Shown here: piece by piece, positions 1-8,605 of the stretch
Layout: every line of letters starts with the position of its first letter
Position numbering within the stretch: position 1 is the stretch's first letter
NCBI GenBank assembly: GCA_021806135.1
Contig: JAJZYB010000003.1
Coordinates: 24,393 to 88,392, forward strand
Reading direction: 5' to 3'
Source: Thermoplasmata archaeon
GTDB lineage: Archaea; Thermoplasmatota; Thermoplasmata; Lutacidiplasmatales; UBA184
Length of the DNA stretch: 64,000 bases
Program-made: the position numbers and the translations under genes
Notes under the pieces: model-generated
What the model was told of the DNA's origin: nothing
Database searches by the model: none
Seen by the model: the letters and a program-made list of their open reading frames with translations, nothing else

Positions 1-534
1 CCGGGGTCGGGAGGGGATCCGCAGCGTGGGGTCTCCGGGGATCCGTCGGAGGGCGGAGGAGAGTTCGGTGTGCACAGCGACCAAGAGCTTCGCCCGACGC
101 CGGGGGTCCTCCCCGGGGTGATTCAAGAACCCCTCCAGACGGGTGAGCGCCCGTCGGAGGTTCAACAGATGCAGTTCGCCCACGTCCGGGTTTCCCAGGA
201 CCTCGGCCCACAGGGGAGCGAGGTCCACCCGGGCCTTCTGGAACTGGTCCGGGCCCTGGCGGATCCGCAGGAGGAGTTTTCGGCCGGCCGGGGTGATCGA
301 ATACTCCCTTCGGCGCCCCCGGGTCCGGGCCCGGGCGAACCCGGAGCGGACGAGCTGGGCCAGGGCCGGATAGACCGCCCCGGGTCCGGGACGCCAGTTC
401 CCCTCGGTGCGCTGGGCGATGCGCTCGGAGATCCGGTAGCCGTGGACCTCTCCCTCCCGTTCCATGAGGGTCAGGGCGTAGAGGCCCACCAGGCGCCGGC
501 GGAAGTCTTCCACGGTCCCGATCGGTCCGGTCAC
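1..534 (-). CDS. PadR-family winged-helix transcriptional regulator (3' end truncated by window edge)
   Basis: Not in the ORF track (no stop inside the window). Manual translation from GTG at 534: ...LYALTLMEREGEVHGYRISERIAQRTEGNWRPGPGAVYPALAQLVRSGF...RREYSITPAGR, the typical PadR HGY...YPAL...Y.IT..G pattern. Divergent from an MFS gene. Confidence 0.85.
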   Translation of the reverse strand, partial: MTGPIGTVEDFRRRLVGLYALTLMEREGEVHGYRISERIAQRTEGNWRPGPGAVYPALAQLVRSGFARARTRGRRREYSITPAGRKLLLRIRQGPDQFQKARVDLAPLWAEVLGNPDVGELHLLNLRRALTRLEGFLNHPGEDPRRRAKLLVAVHTELSSALRRIPGDPTLRIPSRPR

Positions 535-565
535 GGGTCCCGCATCCCGGCGTTGCGTATTTACC

Positions 566-580
566 TATATCGTTATCGAT
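566..580. promoter_or_regulatory. Possible PadR operator (TATATCG-ttat-CGAT imperfect palindrome)
   Basis: AT-rich imperfect inverted repeat in the padR/MFS divergent intergenic region. Operator role is inference. Confidence 0.3.
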
Positions 581-604
581 GGGTGACCGCCGGGGGAGCC
601 CGCC

Positions 605-611
605 TTTTATA
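605..611 (+). promoter_or_regulatory. Archaeal TATA box for MFS gene
   Basis: TTTTATA about 25 nt upstream of ATG 634 in a GC-rich background, implying a leaderless transcript. Confidence 0.6.
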
Positions 612-633
612 GGGTCCCTCGTTCCCGCCGGGC

Positions 634-2211
634 ATGGATGGCCCCCCCGCTCCCCCGGGGATCACCGGACACCCCCGACGGGTCCTCTTCGTCCTGGTCC
701 TCGGGACCCTCATGGCCTCGGTGGACAGCACCATCGTGCTCCTCGCCTTCCCCACCATCGCGACGGAGCTCAAGGCGAACCTGAGCCTCGTGCTCTGGAC
801 CATCCTCATCTACCTGCTCGTGGCCGCCATCCTCACCACCCAACTGGGCCGGGTGGGCGACCTCTTCGGCCGGGCGCGGATGTACAACCTCGGGTTCGCG
901 ATCTTCATCGTGGGGTCGGCCCTCTGCGGCCTCGCCCCCAATGCCGACACCCTGGTGGCGTTCCGGGGGATCCAGGCCGTGGGGGGCTCCCTCCTCGTGG
1001 CCAACAGCAGCGCCATCGTGGCGGACAACATACCGGGGACGGGCCGGGGGAGGGCCTTCGGGTACCTGGCCATGGGTTGGAGCGTGGGGGCAACCCTCGG
1101 GATCGTTCTCGGCGGCATCATCACGACCCTCGTGGGATGGCGTTTCATCTTCTACATCAACGTCCCCATCGGCGCCCTCGCCCTCTACTGGGGGGTCCGC
1201 TACCTCCGGGACCACGGCCGGGTGAGGGCGAGGCTCGACCTCGTGGGCATGGGACTGCTCGCGGCGGCCCTCACCCTGGTCACCTACGGGGCGACCGACA
1301 TCGCGGACAGCGGGATGGACGCCTTCAACCTCTCCCTCGCCCTCGTGGGGCTGGCGCTCATCGTCCCCTTCGTTCTCTGGGAGCGGCGCTCCCCCTCCCC
1401 CACGTTGAACCTGAGGCTCTTCCGCTCCAGGTTGCTCTCCCGCTCCCTCGGGGCCGCCTTCCTCCAGAGCCTCGGCTACGTGTCCATCGCCTTCCTCTTG
1501 ATCATGTACCTCCAGGGGGTCCGGGGCCTCTCCCCCCTGGATGCCTCCTTGGTCCTGGTCCCGGGCTACGTCCTCTCCAGTGTCTTCGCCCCGTTCATGG
1601 GCCGGCTCGTGGACCGCATCGGCCCTCGCCTGCCCGCCACCGTGGGCATCCTGCTCATGCTGGCGGTGGTCCTGATCTTCACGCAGCTCACCGTGAGCAC
1701 CCCGCTGGTCTTCATCGCCTCGGTGATGCTCATTTCGGGCTTCGGAGGCGCCCTGTTCTACCCGGCCAACAACACCGCCATCATGGGGGCCACCGACTCC
1801 CAGGACTACGGGGCCACCTCCGGGCTCATGCGGACCCTCGGCAACGCGGGGATCCTGGGAAGCTATGTGGTGAGCATCACGGTGGCTTCCCTGTCCATCT
1901 CCCGGGGATTGGCCTTCTCGGTCTTCGCCGGGACCACCGCCTTGGTCGGCGGGATCTCGGCCACGTTCGTCAACGCCATCCACTCCAGCCTCTATGTCAT
2001 GGCCGGGGTCCTCCTGGCGGCGGCCCTCCTCTCTTGGGTCCGGGGACGGCCGACCCCCCGCCAGGTCTCCTGGTCGGGACCCTCGGCGACCTCCGCGGAG
2101 CCTACCCCACCGGGAACGGCAACTCCCAGATGGGGAGCCGTTCCCCCCGGGGAATCCGTCTCCCTCTCCCCGGTAGGAGAGCGAAGCCCTCCGCCCCCAC
2201 CAGGCTCGTGA
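634..2211 (+). CDS. MFS drug/H+ antiporter, DHA2 (EmrB/QacA) type
   Basis: About 14 hydrophobic segments; motifs MASVDSTIV, GRVGDLFGR (motif A), FRGIQAVGG, WRFIFYINVPIG. Confidence 0.92.
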   Translation: MDGPPAPPGITGHPRRVLFVLVLGTLMASVDSTIVLLAFPTIATELKANLSLVLWTILIYLLVAAILTTQLGRVGDLFGRARMYNLGFAIFIVGSALCGLAPNADTLVAFRGIQAVGGSLLVANSSAIVADNIPGTGRGRAFGYLAMGWSVGATLGIVLGGIITTLVGWRFIFYINVPIGALALYWGVRYLRDHGRVRARLDLVGMGLLAAALTLVTYGATDIADSGMDAFNLSLALVGLALIVPFVLWERRSPSPTLNLRLFRSRLLSRSLGAAFLQSLGYVSIAFLLIMYLQGVRGLSPLDASLVLVPGYVLSSVFAPFMGRLVDRIGPRLPATVGILLMLAVVLIFTQLTVSTPLVFIASVMLISGFGGALFYPANNTAIMGATDSQDYGATSGLMRTLGNAGILGSYVVSITVASLSISRGLAFSVFAGTTALVGGISATFVNAIHSSLYVMAGVLLAAALLSWVRGRPTPRQVSWSGPSATSAEPTPPGTATPRWGAVPPGESVSLSPVGERSPPPPPGS

Positions 2212-3334
2212 TGGCGGACGATCCCCGGAAGGTGGGGGTTGCCCAGCCCTCCCGCAGCCGGACCGGCAGGACGGTCACGAAGCCCCGGGGAAGCGGGCCA
2301 TAGGCGCTGGCCAGCCGGGCCGTGGTGGCCCGGAGCGACGGACGGGGGCGTCGCCCCAGCCGATCCAGCAGCGGGAGCACCAACCAGAACGCGTTGGACA
2401 GGCAACTGGTGGGGTGCCCCGGAAGCCCGAGGAGCAGCTTGCCGTTGGACCGGGCGGCCAGGGTGGGCTTTCCGGGGCGGATGCTCAATCCGTGGAAGAG
2501 CATCTCACCGATCCGGGGGAACACCTGGGGGAGGTAGTCCCGCTCCCCCACCGAGCTCCCCCCGGTGGCCAGCACCAGGTCGTTCTCCCGGAGCACCTCC
2601 CGGAGCGTTGCCTCGATCTGCCGGGGGTCGTCGGGAACCGGAGGAACGGTGGTCACCCGGGCACCGGTGAGCTTCAGTAGGGCGCCGAGGGTGATGTTGT
2701 TGAACTCCCGGATCTGCCCCCGTCGGGGGGTCTTCCCCGGGGGGACGAGCTCGTTCCCGTTCGGGACCACGGCGACCCGCGGTTGGGCATAGACCCGGAC
2801 CCGGAGCCGGCCCCCCGCCCCGAGGGCACCGAGCCGGGCTGGCGTGAGGGCCTCCCCGGGCATCGCCAGGCGCTCTCCCCGCGGCATGTCCTCCCCCGGC
2901 TCGACCACGGCGAACCCCCGGGCGACCGGTCCGAAGGCCAGGACCCGCCCATCCTTCTCCCGTGTCTCCTCGAAGACCACCACCGCGTCCGCCCCCCGTG
3001 GCATGGGGGCCCCGGTGGCGATGGCCACCGCTTCCCCCGGGGCGAGCCGGCCTGGGTAGAACTCCTCGGCGTGGAGCTCCGCGACCACCCGCAGGGCAAC
3101 GGGGGCGCGTTTCCGGGCCCCGCGGAGGTCCCGGGACCGGACGGCGTACCCATCCCAACTGGCCCGGGGAAAGGCCGGAACGGCATGGACCGCCCTCACC
3201 GTCTCCGCGCAGATCCGCCCGGCCGCGTCGGTGAGGGAGAGCGTCTCCATCCGGGTGATGGGCCGGACGAGGGCAAGGAGGCGACGGCGGGCCTCGAGCG
3301 GGGAGCGCAACCGCCCAAATGCCGTCATCCTCAT
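2102..3334 (-). CDS. moeA: Molybdopterin molybdotransferase MoeA
   Basis: RASWDGYAV, IATGAPMPRGADAVV, NGNEL, TGGSSVGERD, IRPGKP, LGLPGHP motifs. Its 3' end overlaps the MFS 3' end convergently. Confidence 0.93.
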   Translation of the reverse strand: MRMTAFGRLRSPLEARRRLLALVRPITRMETLSLTDAAGRICAETVRAVHAVPAFPRASWDGYAVRSRDLRGARKRAPVALRVVAELHAEEFYPGRLAPGEAVAIATGAPMPRGADAVVVFEETREKDGRVLAFGPVARGFAVVEPGEDMPRGERLAMPGEALTPARLGALGAGGRLRVRVYAQPRVAVVPNGNELVPPGKTPRRGQIREFNNITLGALLKLTGARVTTVPPVPDDPRQIEATLREVLRENDLVLATGGSSVGERDYLPQVFPRIGEMLFHGLSIRPGKPTLAARSNGKLLLGLPGHPTSCLSNAFWLVLPLLDRLGRRPRPSLRATTARLASAYGPLPRGFVTVLPVRLREGWATPTFRGSSAITSLVGAEGFALLPGRGRRIPRGERLPIWELPFPVG

Positions 3335-3347
3335 GGAGCCCCCCCTT

Positions 3348-3500
3348 CCCAGCTAACGGGAATCCGTTCTCCCATACCTAGACATTGGTAACACCAACGA
3401 TGCTGGGTTCCTGATTCACGGAAGAGCACCTGCCTTGCGGCATGAACCTCTCTCCTCCACAGGCGTTTTCCGTCTCCGCCGAACTGGCGGCGACCCTCGC
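3348..3500 (-). ncRNA. Predicted TnpB omega/reRNA (scaffold over tnpB 3' end and right end, guide from flanking DNA)
   Basis: Position inferred from known TnpB biology. Hairpins are visible (ccgccagttcggcgg; tgccgcaaggca). Boundaries are approximate. Confidence 0.5.
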
Positions 3501-4583
3501 GAGGTTGCGAGCGGCATTCAAGTCCCGGTCCATGACGAGCCCGCACGACGGGCACGAATAGGTTCGCTCCGACAGCGGCATCTCCTTCATACCGCCGCAC
3601 GAGGAACACCTCTTGGTGCTCGGATAAAACGGGTCGGCCTTCACAAGATGCGACCCATACCACCCGCACTTGTAATCCAACTGCCGGACGAACTCCCCGA
3701 AGGAAGCGTCCGAGAGGGAGCGGGCGAGGGGGTGGTTGCGGAGCATGTTCGCAGGGCGCAGGCCCTCAACCACGATGACGGGCTTGGTTCTCGCCAGCAT
3801 CGTCGTGGCCTGGTGGAGCGCGTCCTTGCGCAGGTCCGCGACCTTCGCATGGCACCGGGACAATCGTCTCTTGGCCTTCTCTCGGTTGTGACTTCCTTTC
3901 TTCTTCCTCGATACCTCCCTCTCAAGATGCTGGAGCTTCCTTTGTCTCACCCGTAGAGCACGGGGATTCGGGATGACCGTGCCGTCACTCACGATGGCGA
4001 GGGCGTGGATGCCGAGGTCTACGCCCACCGCCTCGCCCATCGGCGGGAGGGTGGGGGGACGTTCCTCCTCGACCGAGAGGCTGACATACCACCGTCCGGC
4101 TCTCTCCGACACCGTGGCCGAACGGAGGTGGGCGGTCATGGGGAGATAGCCCCGCTCCTTCAGTTTGACCCGCCCGATCCTCGGGAGCGTGACGTGACCG
4201 CCCTCCACCGCCACGGTCCCGGTGAGACGGAACGAGCTCCGCCCCGCATGCCGTGAGTGGAATCTCGGATACTTCGCCCTCCCCTCGAAGAAGTTCGTGT
4301 AGGCACGGTCTAGGTCCCGCAGGGCCTCCTGGGGGGCGCATTTGGAGGACTCGTACATCCACCCGAGATCCGTCCGCTTGCGGACGTTGGTCTCCCGGTG
4401 CAGGTCGATGGCCGTGGGGGTCTTGATGCGCGGAACGGGAAGTTGGTTCATCCACCACGCCTCCTCCTTCCGTTGGAGGCCGAAGTTGTAGGCATAGCGA
4501 GCGCACCCGGCGTGCTGGCGGAAGGCCGTCCGCTGGACGTTCGTCGGGTCCAACTCGGTGCGGTAGGCTCTCTGGACCTTCAC
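3378..4583 (-). CDS. tnpB: RNA-guided endonuclease TnpB
   Basis: N-terminal HTH (QHAGCARYAYNFGL), RuvC-I GVDLG, RuvC-II VVEGL, Zn finger CSSC...CPSC, RuvC-III DRDLNAARN. The catalytic D-E-D triad is intact. Confidence 0.95.
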   Translation of the reverse strand: MKVQRAYRTELDPTNVQRTAFRQHAGCARYAYNFGLQRKEEAWWMNQLPVPRIKTPTAIDLHRETNVRKRTDLGWMYESSKCAPQEALRDLDRAYTNFFEGRAKYPRFHSRHAGRSSFRLTGTVAVEGGHVTLPRIGRVKLKERGYLPMTAHLRSATVSERAGRWYVSLSVEEERPPTLPPMGEAVGVDLGIHALAIVSDGTVIPNPRALRVRQRKLQHLEREVSRKKKGSHNREKAKRRLSRCHAKVADLRKDALHQATTMLARTKPVIVVEGLRPANMLRNHPLARSLSDASFGEFVRQLDYKCGWYGSHLVKADPFYPSTKRCSSCGGMKEMPLSERTYSCPSCGLVMDRDLNAARNLARVAASSAETENACGGERFMPQGRCSSVNQEPSIVGVTNV

Positions 4584-5179
4584 GGGCTCTTCACCATCTT
4601 GCGGGCCTCGGAGAGGAGGCGCTTTGTCTTGGGGCTACGGAGTCCGTAGAGCCGGGCGGAGAAGGAGGTGATGATAGCAATGAGGTCGTTCGCCAGTTCG
4701 GACTCAGGGGTATCCTTCGGCTTTGGCTCCAGCACATCGAGGGTCGTCCCGTAGGCGGCGAAGACCTGCCGGAGCAGGTCCACACCGAACCGTGCCAGTC
4801 GGTCCTCGTAGGCGACCACGACGCGGGAGACCCGTCGCTCCTGGACGGCTTTGAGTACCGCGAGGAAACCCGGACGGTCGAACTTGAGCCCCGAACGTAT
4901 GTCCGTGTGCATCTCGGCCCCGGGGAAGGCCCGCTGGAGCCGCTCCTTCTGGCGCTCCAGGTCGTCCTTCTGTCCGTGGGACGAGACCCGGGCGTAGAGG
5001 ACAGGGAGGCGAGTCTCCTGCTCGCCCATGAGCCGATGGACCTCGGACAACGGGACGCGCCGCATCCCACCCAACGTCCGTACGACACGAAGTTTCCCCT
5101 GTCGGTCCCATCTCTGTAGGGTAGTGACGGTGAGCCCGAGACGACGAGCGGCTTCCCCGATACGGAGGAGAACGTCCAC
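4580..5179 (-). CDS. tnpA: IS607 transposase TnpA (MerR-like HTH + serine recombinase)
   Basis: IGEAARRLGLTVTTLQRWDRQG HTH followed by YARVSS (catalytic Ser), DIRSG, EDRLARFG, ELANDLIAIITSFSARLYG. Confidence 0.95.
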   Translation of the reverse strand: MDVLLRIGEAARRLGLTVTTLQRWDRQGKLRVVRTLGGMRRVPLSEVHRLMGEQETRLPVLYARVSSHGQKDDLERQKERLQRAFPGAEMHTDIRSGLKFDRPGFLAVLKAVQERRVSRVVVAYEDRLARFGVDLLRQVFAAYGTTLDVLEPKPKDTPESELANDLIAIITSFSARLYGLRSPKTKRLLSEARKMVKSP

Positions 5180-5196
5180 GATTTAGCCATAGGCTA

Positions 5197-6231
5197 TCAC
5201 CCATGTATATACTTTCCATTAGTTGTTAGAGCCCTCCTTCCCTCTTTCGGAGCCCTGGAGAACGGGTTCCCTCTAAAGGGGAGGGCCGGAAGGGGGTCTC
5301 CCCGATCCCGGCCAGCCCTCAGCGTGGCCGCGGCTGCGCTGAGGCCCCCCTTCAGGCATGCCTGGAGCGGCCAACCCCGGAACCATCCCGCGTAGAACCC
5401 TCCCCGAAAGGCGTCACCGGCCCCGGTCACGTGCCCCAGGGACCCCACGGGGAGCGCAGGGAGGTCCACGTTCCCGGCCCGGCTGAAGGCCGAGACCCCG
5501 CGCGGGCCCCGGGTCATCACCACCAACGGGACCACGCTGAGCAACTCCCGCGGGTCGCCAAATCCCCCGATCTCGCTGAGTCGCTGGATCTCGCCCTCGT
5601 TGCCGAAGAGGATCTCCGTGAGGGGAAGCATCCGCCGCAGGTCGGAAGGCTTCCAGCGATACCGGATCTCCTGGGCCGGATCGAACGCCACGGGGCGGCC
5701 CCCGCTCCTTGCGACCTCGGCCACGGCCAATTGGTAGCCCGGGTCGCCGGTGGTCAGATGGACCCAGGCGGACCGGCGAAGGACCCCCCGGGGAAGGTTC
5801 CGGGAGTCCAGCCGTCCCATGGCCCCCTGGTCGATCACGGTGGTCTGGCCCCCATGACCGTCCTCCAGGATCCAGCAGGTGGGGGTCCGACGACCAGGCA
5901 AGGACCGGAAGCCGGCGAGGTCCACCCCCTCCTGCCGTAGCAACCGCCGGTAGCGGACCGGGAAATCCGGCCCCACAAAGGAGGCGAGGGCGCTGCGGAC
6001 CCCCAGCTTGCGCGACCACCGCGCGATGTTGGCCGCCGTTCCCCCCAGTCGGACCTCCCGACCAAGGACCGGCACGGTCGTGTCCGGCTCGGGGAGGTGG
6101 GGCAGGGTCAGCAGAACATCCAGGTTAGTGTGCCCGACCACCAGCAGATCCAGCGGGAAGGGCGAGAGGCCCGGTCCCGTTCCCGACGTGGAGTTCGACC
6201 GGGGGGAGGGGGACCGCCACGGGGAGACCAT
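5197..6231 (-). CDS. PfkB-family carbohydrate/nucleoside kinase
   Basis: VVGHTNLD, GGTAANIA, FDPAQ, FGNEGE, MTRGPRG, VTGAGDAFRGGF. Start placed at ATG 6231. The C-terminus now reads into the IS end. Confidence 0.9.
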   Translation of the reverse strand: MVSPWRSPSPRSNSTSGTGPGLSPFPLDLLVVGHTNLDVLLTLPHLPEPDTTVPVLGREVRLGGTAANIARWSRKLGVRSALASFVGPDFPVRYRRLLRQEGVDLAGFRSLPGRRTPTCWILEDGHGGQTTVIDQGAMGRLDSRNLPRGVLRRSAWVHLTTGDPGYQLAVAEVARSGGRPVAFDPAQEIRYRWKPSDLRRMLPLTEILFGNEGEIQRLSEIGGFGDPRELLSVVPLVVMTRGPRGVSAFSRAGNVDLPALPVGSLGHVTGAGDAFRGGFYAGWFRGWPLQACLKGGLSAAAATLRAGRDRGDPLPALPFRGNPFSRAPKEGRRALTTNGKYIHG

Positions 6232-6256
6232 GGGGGTAGGGCCAAGGTGCCTGAGC

Positions 6257-6901
6257 CTAAACCCTTGCCCCGACGTCCGGGCGGCGCGGCGCGGAGGCAG
6301 GACGCCGGCGCGAAAGCAGTCCGGCTCCGGCCGCAAGCGCGAGGAGAAGGGGAAAGGTCACCGCCACCGCCCAGGGCCACCCGGGCCAGCCCCACGCTCC
6401 CTCTCCCCAGAGCAGGATCCCCAGCCCGAGGGCGGCTCCTCCGACAAAGCCGACGTAGCGGCGACGGAGGACCGGGTCGCTTCCCCCATCCTTCCAACGC
6501 TGGAGGACCCCCCACACCCCCAGGGAGATCGCCAGGTCAGCCACCACCAGATCGAACGGATCGTAAAAGTCCCCGAGCAGTTTCGTGACGCCGAAGGGGA
6601 TCCCGTAGACCCCCAGGAAGAGCAGGAAGAAGGCCGGGGCCCGCCCCCGGGGGTAGACGACTTGGGCGACCAGGGTCAGCCCCCCGACGAGGGCGAAGAG
6701 AGCGATGGTGGTGTCGTACAGGTCCCGGTAATCGGTCAGGACCTTGATGGTGCCCAGGGCGATCCCGTTCAACCCCAGGGCGAGTTCGAAGCCTCGTTCC
6801 CGGAAAAACAGGTAACCCAGGGCGAAAGCCAGGGGAAGCTCCAACGCCACCGCTCCGACCAGCGCGGGGGTGATGCCGGGGGAAAGTTCGAATACGGTCA
6901 T
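6257..6901 (-). CDS. Hypothetical polytopic membrane protein
   Basis: From ATG 6901 (MTVFELSPG...), about 7 hydrophobic helices, with an internal repeat of K.L.D..D..D after helices. Confidence 0.7.
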   Translation of the reverse strand: MTVFELSPGITPALVGAVALELPLAFALGYLFFRERGFELALGLNGIALGTIKVLTDYRDLYDTTIALFALVGGLTLVAQVVYPRGRAPAFFLLFLGVYGIPFGVTKLLGDFYDPFDLVVADLAISLGVWGVLQRWKDGGSDPVLRRRYVGFVGGAALGLGILLWGEGAWGWPGWPWAVAVTFPLLLALAAGAGLLSRRRPASAPRRPDVGARV

Positions 6902-7233
6902 GAAAGGAGGCCCAGGGCTGCTCCCGGCGGGTGAGGAGCCGCGACCCCTTAGCCCTTCGGAAAAAGGGTCCCCGACGGGCCGAGGGCTCGCCGCCACCGA
7001 GGGGTGTCTTCGCCACGGGGTGTGGGCGAACCTTCGTGGCGGGAGCGTGGTTCGTTTATCGTGCCCAAAAGTGAGGGGTCGTCTCGCCGCTCTGGGCCCC
7101 TCCCCCGCTCCTCCCGACGAGGCACCGATCCTGGGGGTGGCCGCCGATCGTCCCCTGCCCCTCTCCGGGCGGTGTGCAGGTTCGTCGGAACCGGGGCCGA
7201 CACAGCGCCCTTGACCGCGCCGCTTTTGCCTTC

Positions 7234-8175
7234 CTACCGCCACCAGACGGGTTCCGGTATGGGTCGGACCTTGAGGCCGAACTCCCGTTGGAACAGTCCG
7301 GGGACTCCGGTTTCCATGACGGCATGCTCCGAGGCCGCGTGCGAGCACCCCAGCAGAGCCATCCGCGACGACCGGGCCAGCCGCTCGACATCCCGGAAGT
7401 TGCTGCGCCCCCTTTCCCCTTCCCACCGGAGGTGGAGCTCGCCGGTCAGGTAGACGTCCACCCCGAGCCCCTGCGCCCGGACCATCTCCTCCACGCGATC
7501 ACCGCATCCTCCCACCACCGCAATGCGCTCCACAGAGGGTGGGGAACCCCCTTTCTTCTCCAGGAAGGGGACATGGAACTGCTCCGCCACCCGCCGAAGG
7601 AACTCTGGCCAGTCCAGTTGGGGGATCCGACAGACGATGCCCGCGGTCCCGGGGCCGTAGGGGAAGAACCTGGCCTCGGTCGTGCCTCCGAGCCGTTCCA
7701 CCATGGCGGCCGAGGTGCTGACCTCGGGGTGGATGTCCAAAGGAGCATGGCACGCATAGACGGACAGCCCCCGCTCCCGAAGGGCCTCCCGTTGCTGAGG
7801 GACGAGCGGCCGGGCCGCCATCTCGGGATCGACCCAGGTCCCGTCCGGGGTCCCTTCCGGGGTCCCGTTGCGCAGGTCCACCGCGTGGTGGACGAACAAG
7901 AGATCGCCGGTCTCCGCCTCAGAGAGGAAGGTCTGGATGACGTCCACCGACGGGAATGCCGCCGCAAAGGCCCGGTGGACGGTGGGGCTCCCCCGCACCA
8001 TCAAACCGTTGAAGAGGGAGCGGAAGGCGGGTTCGAATCCTTCGAGGCCACCGGATCCCGGCCTTGCGTACGCCTGGGGGACGAATCGAGACATCGATGG
8101 GTCGGGGCCAAACGAGGGAACGCCGAAGAAGGAATCCAGGCGCGGAGAAAGCGTCTCTAAGGGCACCCCGGACAT
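7234..8175 (-). CDS. Nif3-like dinuclear metal centre protein
   Basis: LFVHH, YACHAPLDIHP, IAVVGGCG, YLTGE, CSHAASE motifs. Confidence 0.85.
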   Translation of the reverse strand: MSGVPLETLSPRLDSFFGVPSFGPDPSMSRFVPQAYARPGSGGLEGFEPAFRSLFNGLMVRGSPTVHRAFAAAFPSVDVIQTFLSEAETGDLLFVHHAVDLRNGTPEGTPDGTWVDPEMAARPLVPQQREALRERGLSVYACHAPLDIHPEVSTSAAMVERLGGTTEARFFPYGPGTAGIVCRIPQLDWPEFLRRVAEQFHVPFLEKKGGSPPSVERIAVVGGCGDRVEEMVRAQGLGVDVYLTGELHLRWEGERGRSNFRDVERLARSSRMALLGCSHAASEHAVMETGVPGLFQREFGLKVRPIPEPVWWR

Positions 8176-8190
8176 GAGGGAAGGACGGTC

Positions 8191-8534
8191 TGCCCGATAT
8201 CAATGTTGCGAGGGTGCCTGCAGCGTCCGGGCATGCGCCGCAGAGGCCCCGGCTCCCGGGAGTCCCCAGCGCTATCTTGTACGAGGGCACGGCACCAGAG
8301 TCCCTTCGCATGGGGGGACGGTCCACCGCTGGTCGCACCTCGGCCTTCATTCCGCGCCACGGAAACGGGCAATGCCCGAACTTCCTCGAGAGGATGATCA
8401 CCGGGTGGCGGCCGTCTCCGGGCCATTGTTGACCGCCACACAAGCGTAGCGGTCAACCGTGGAACGGGTGGGCGGGCCCACCGATCTGAGCTTTCGCGGA
8501 CCATGCGCACCTGCTCGTTGATGCCACGAGGGCA
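8191..8534. ncRNA. Candidate structured non-coding RNA (unidentified)
   Basis: About 340 nt without a credible ORF. Nested end-to-end complementarity plus internal hairpins (see findings). Confidence 0.35.
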
Positions 8535-8605
8535 AAGAGGACCCCCCTGGGGGGAGGCTTGAAAGGTTCTCGGGAGTCCGGGCAAGGGGAGGGGGGTGAC
8601 GGCTG

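Larger units (their letters stand above)
3364..5265 (-). mobile_element. IS607-family insertion sequence (tnpA + tnpB)
   Basis: Serine-recombinase transposase overlapping tnpB, visibly lower GC than the flanks. The right end finishes ...GGAGAACGG at 3364 on the coding strand. The left boundary is uncertain (about 5233-5271). Confidence 0.88.

Noticed and set aside
2102-2211. 110-bp convergent overlap of MFS and moeA
   Set aside because: The MFS tail is low-complexity Pro/Ser sequence typical of stop-codon drift in GC-rich genomes; no sign of function.
8191-8534. RNase P RNA, SRP RNA or group II intron identity
   Set aside because: No correctly placed P4 strands, no SRP helix-8 motif (CAGG..GGAA..AGCA) and no domain V were found by eye.
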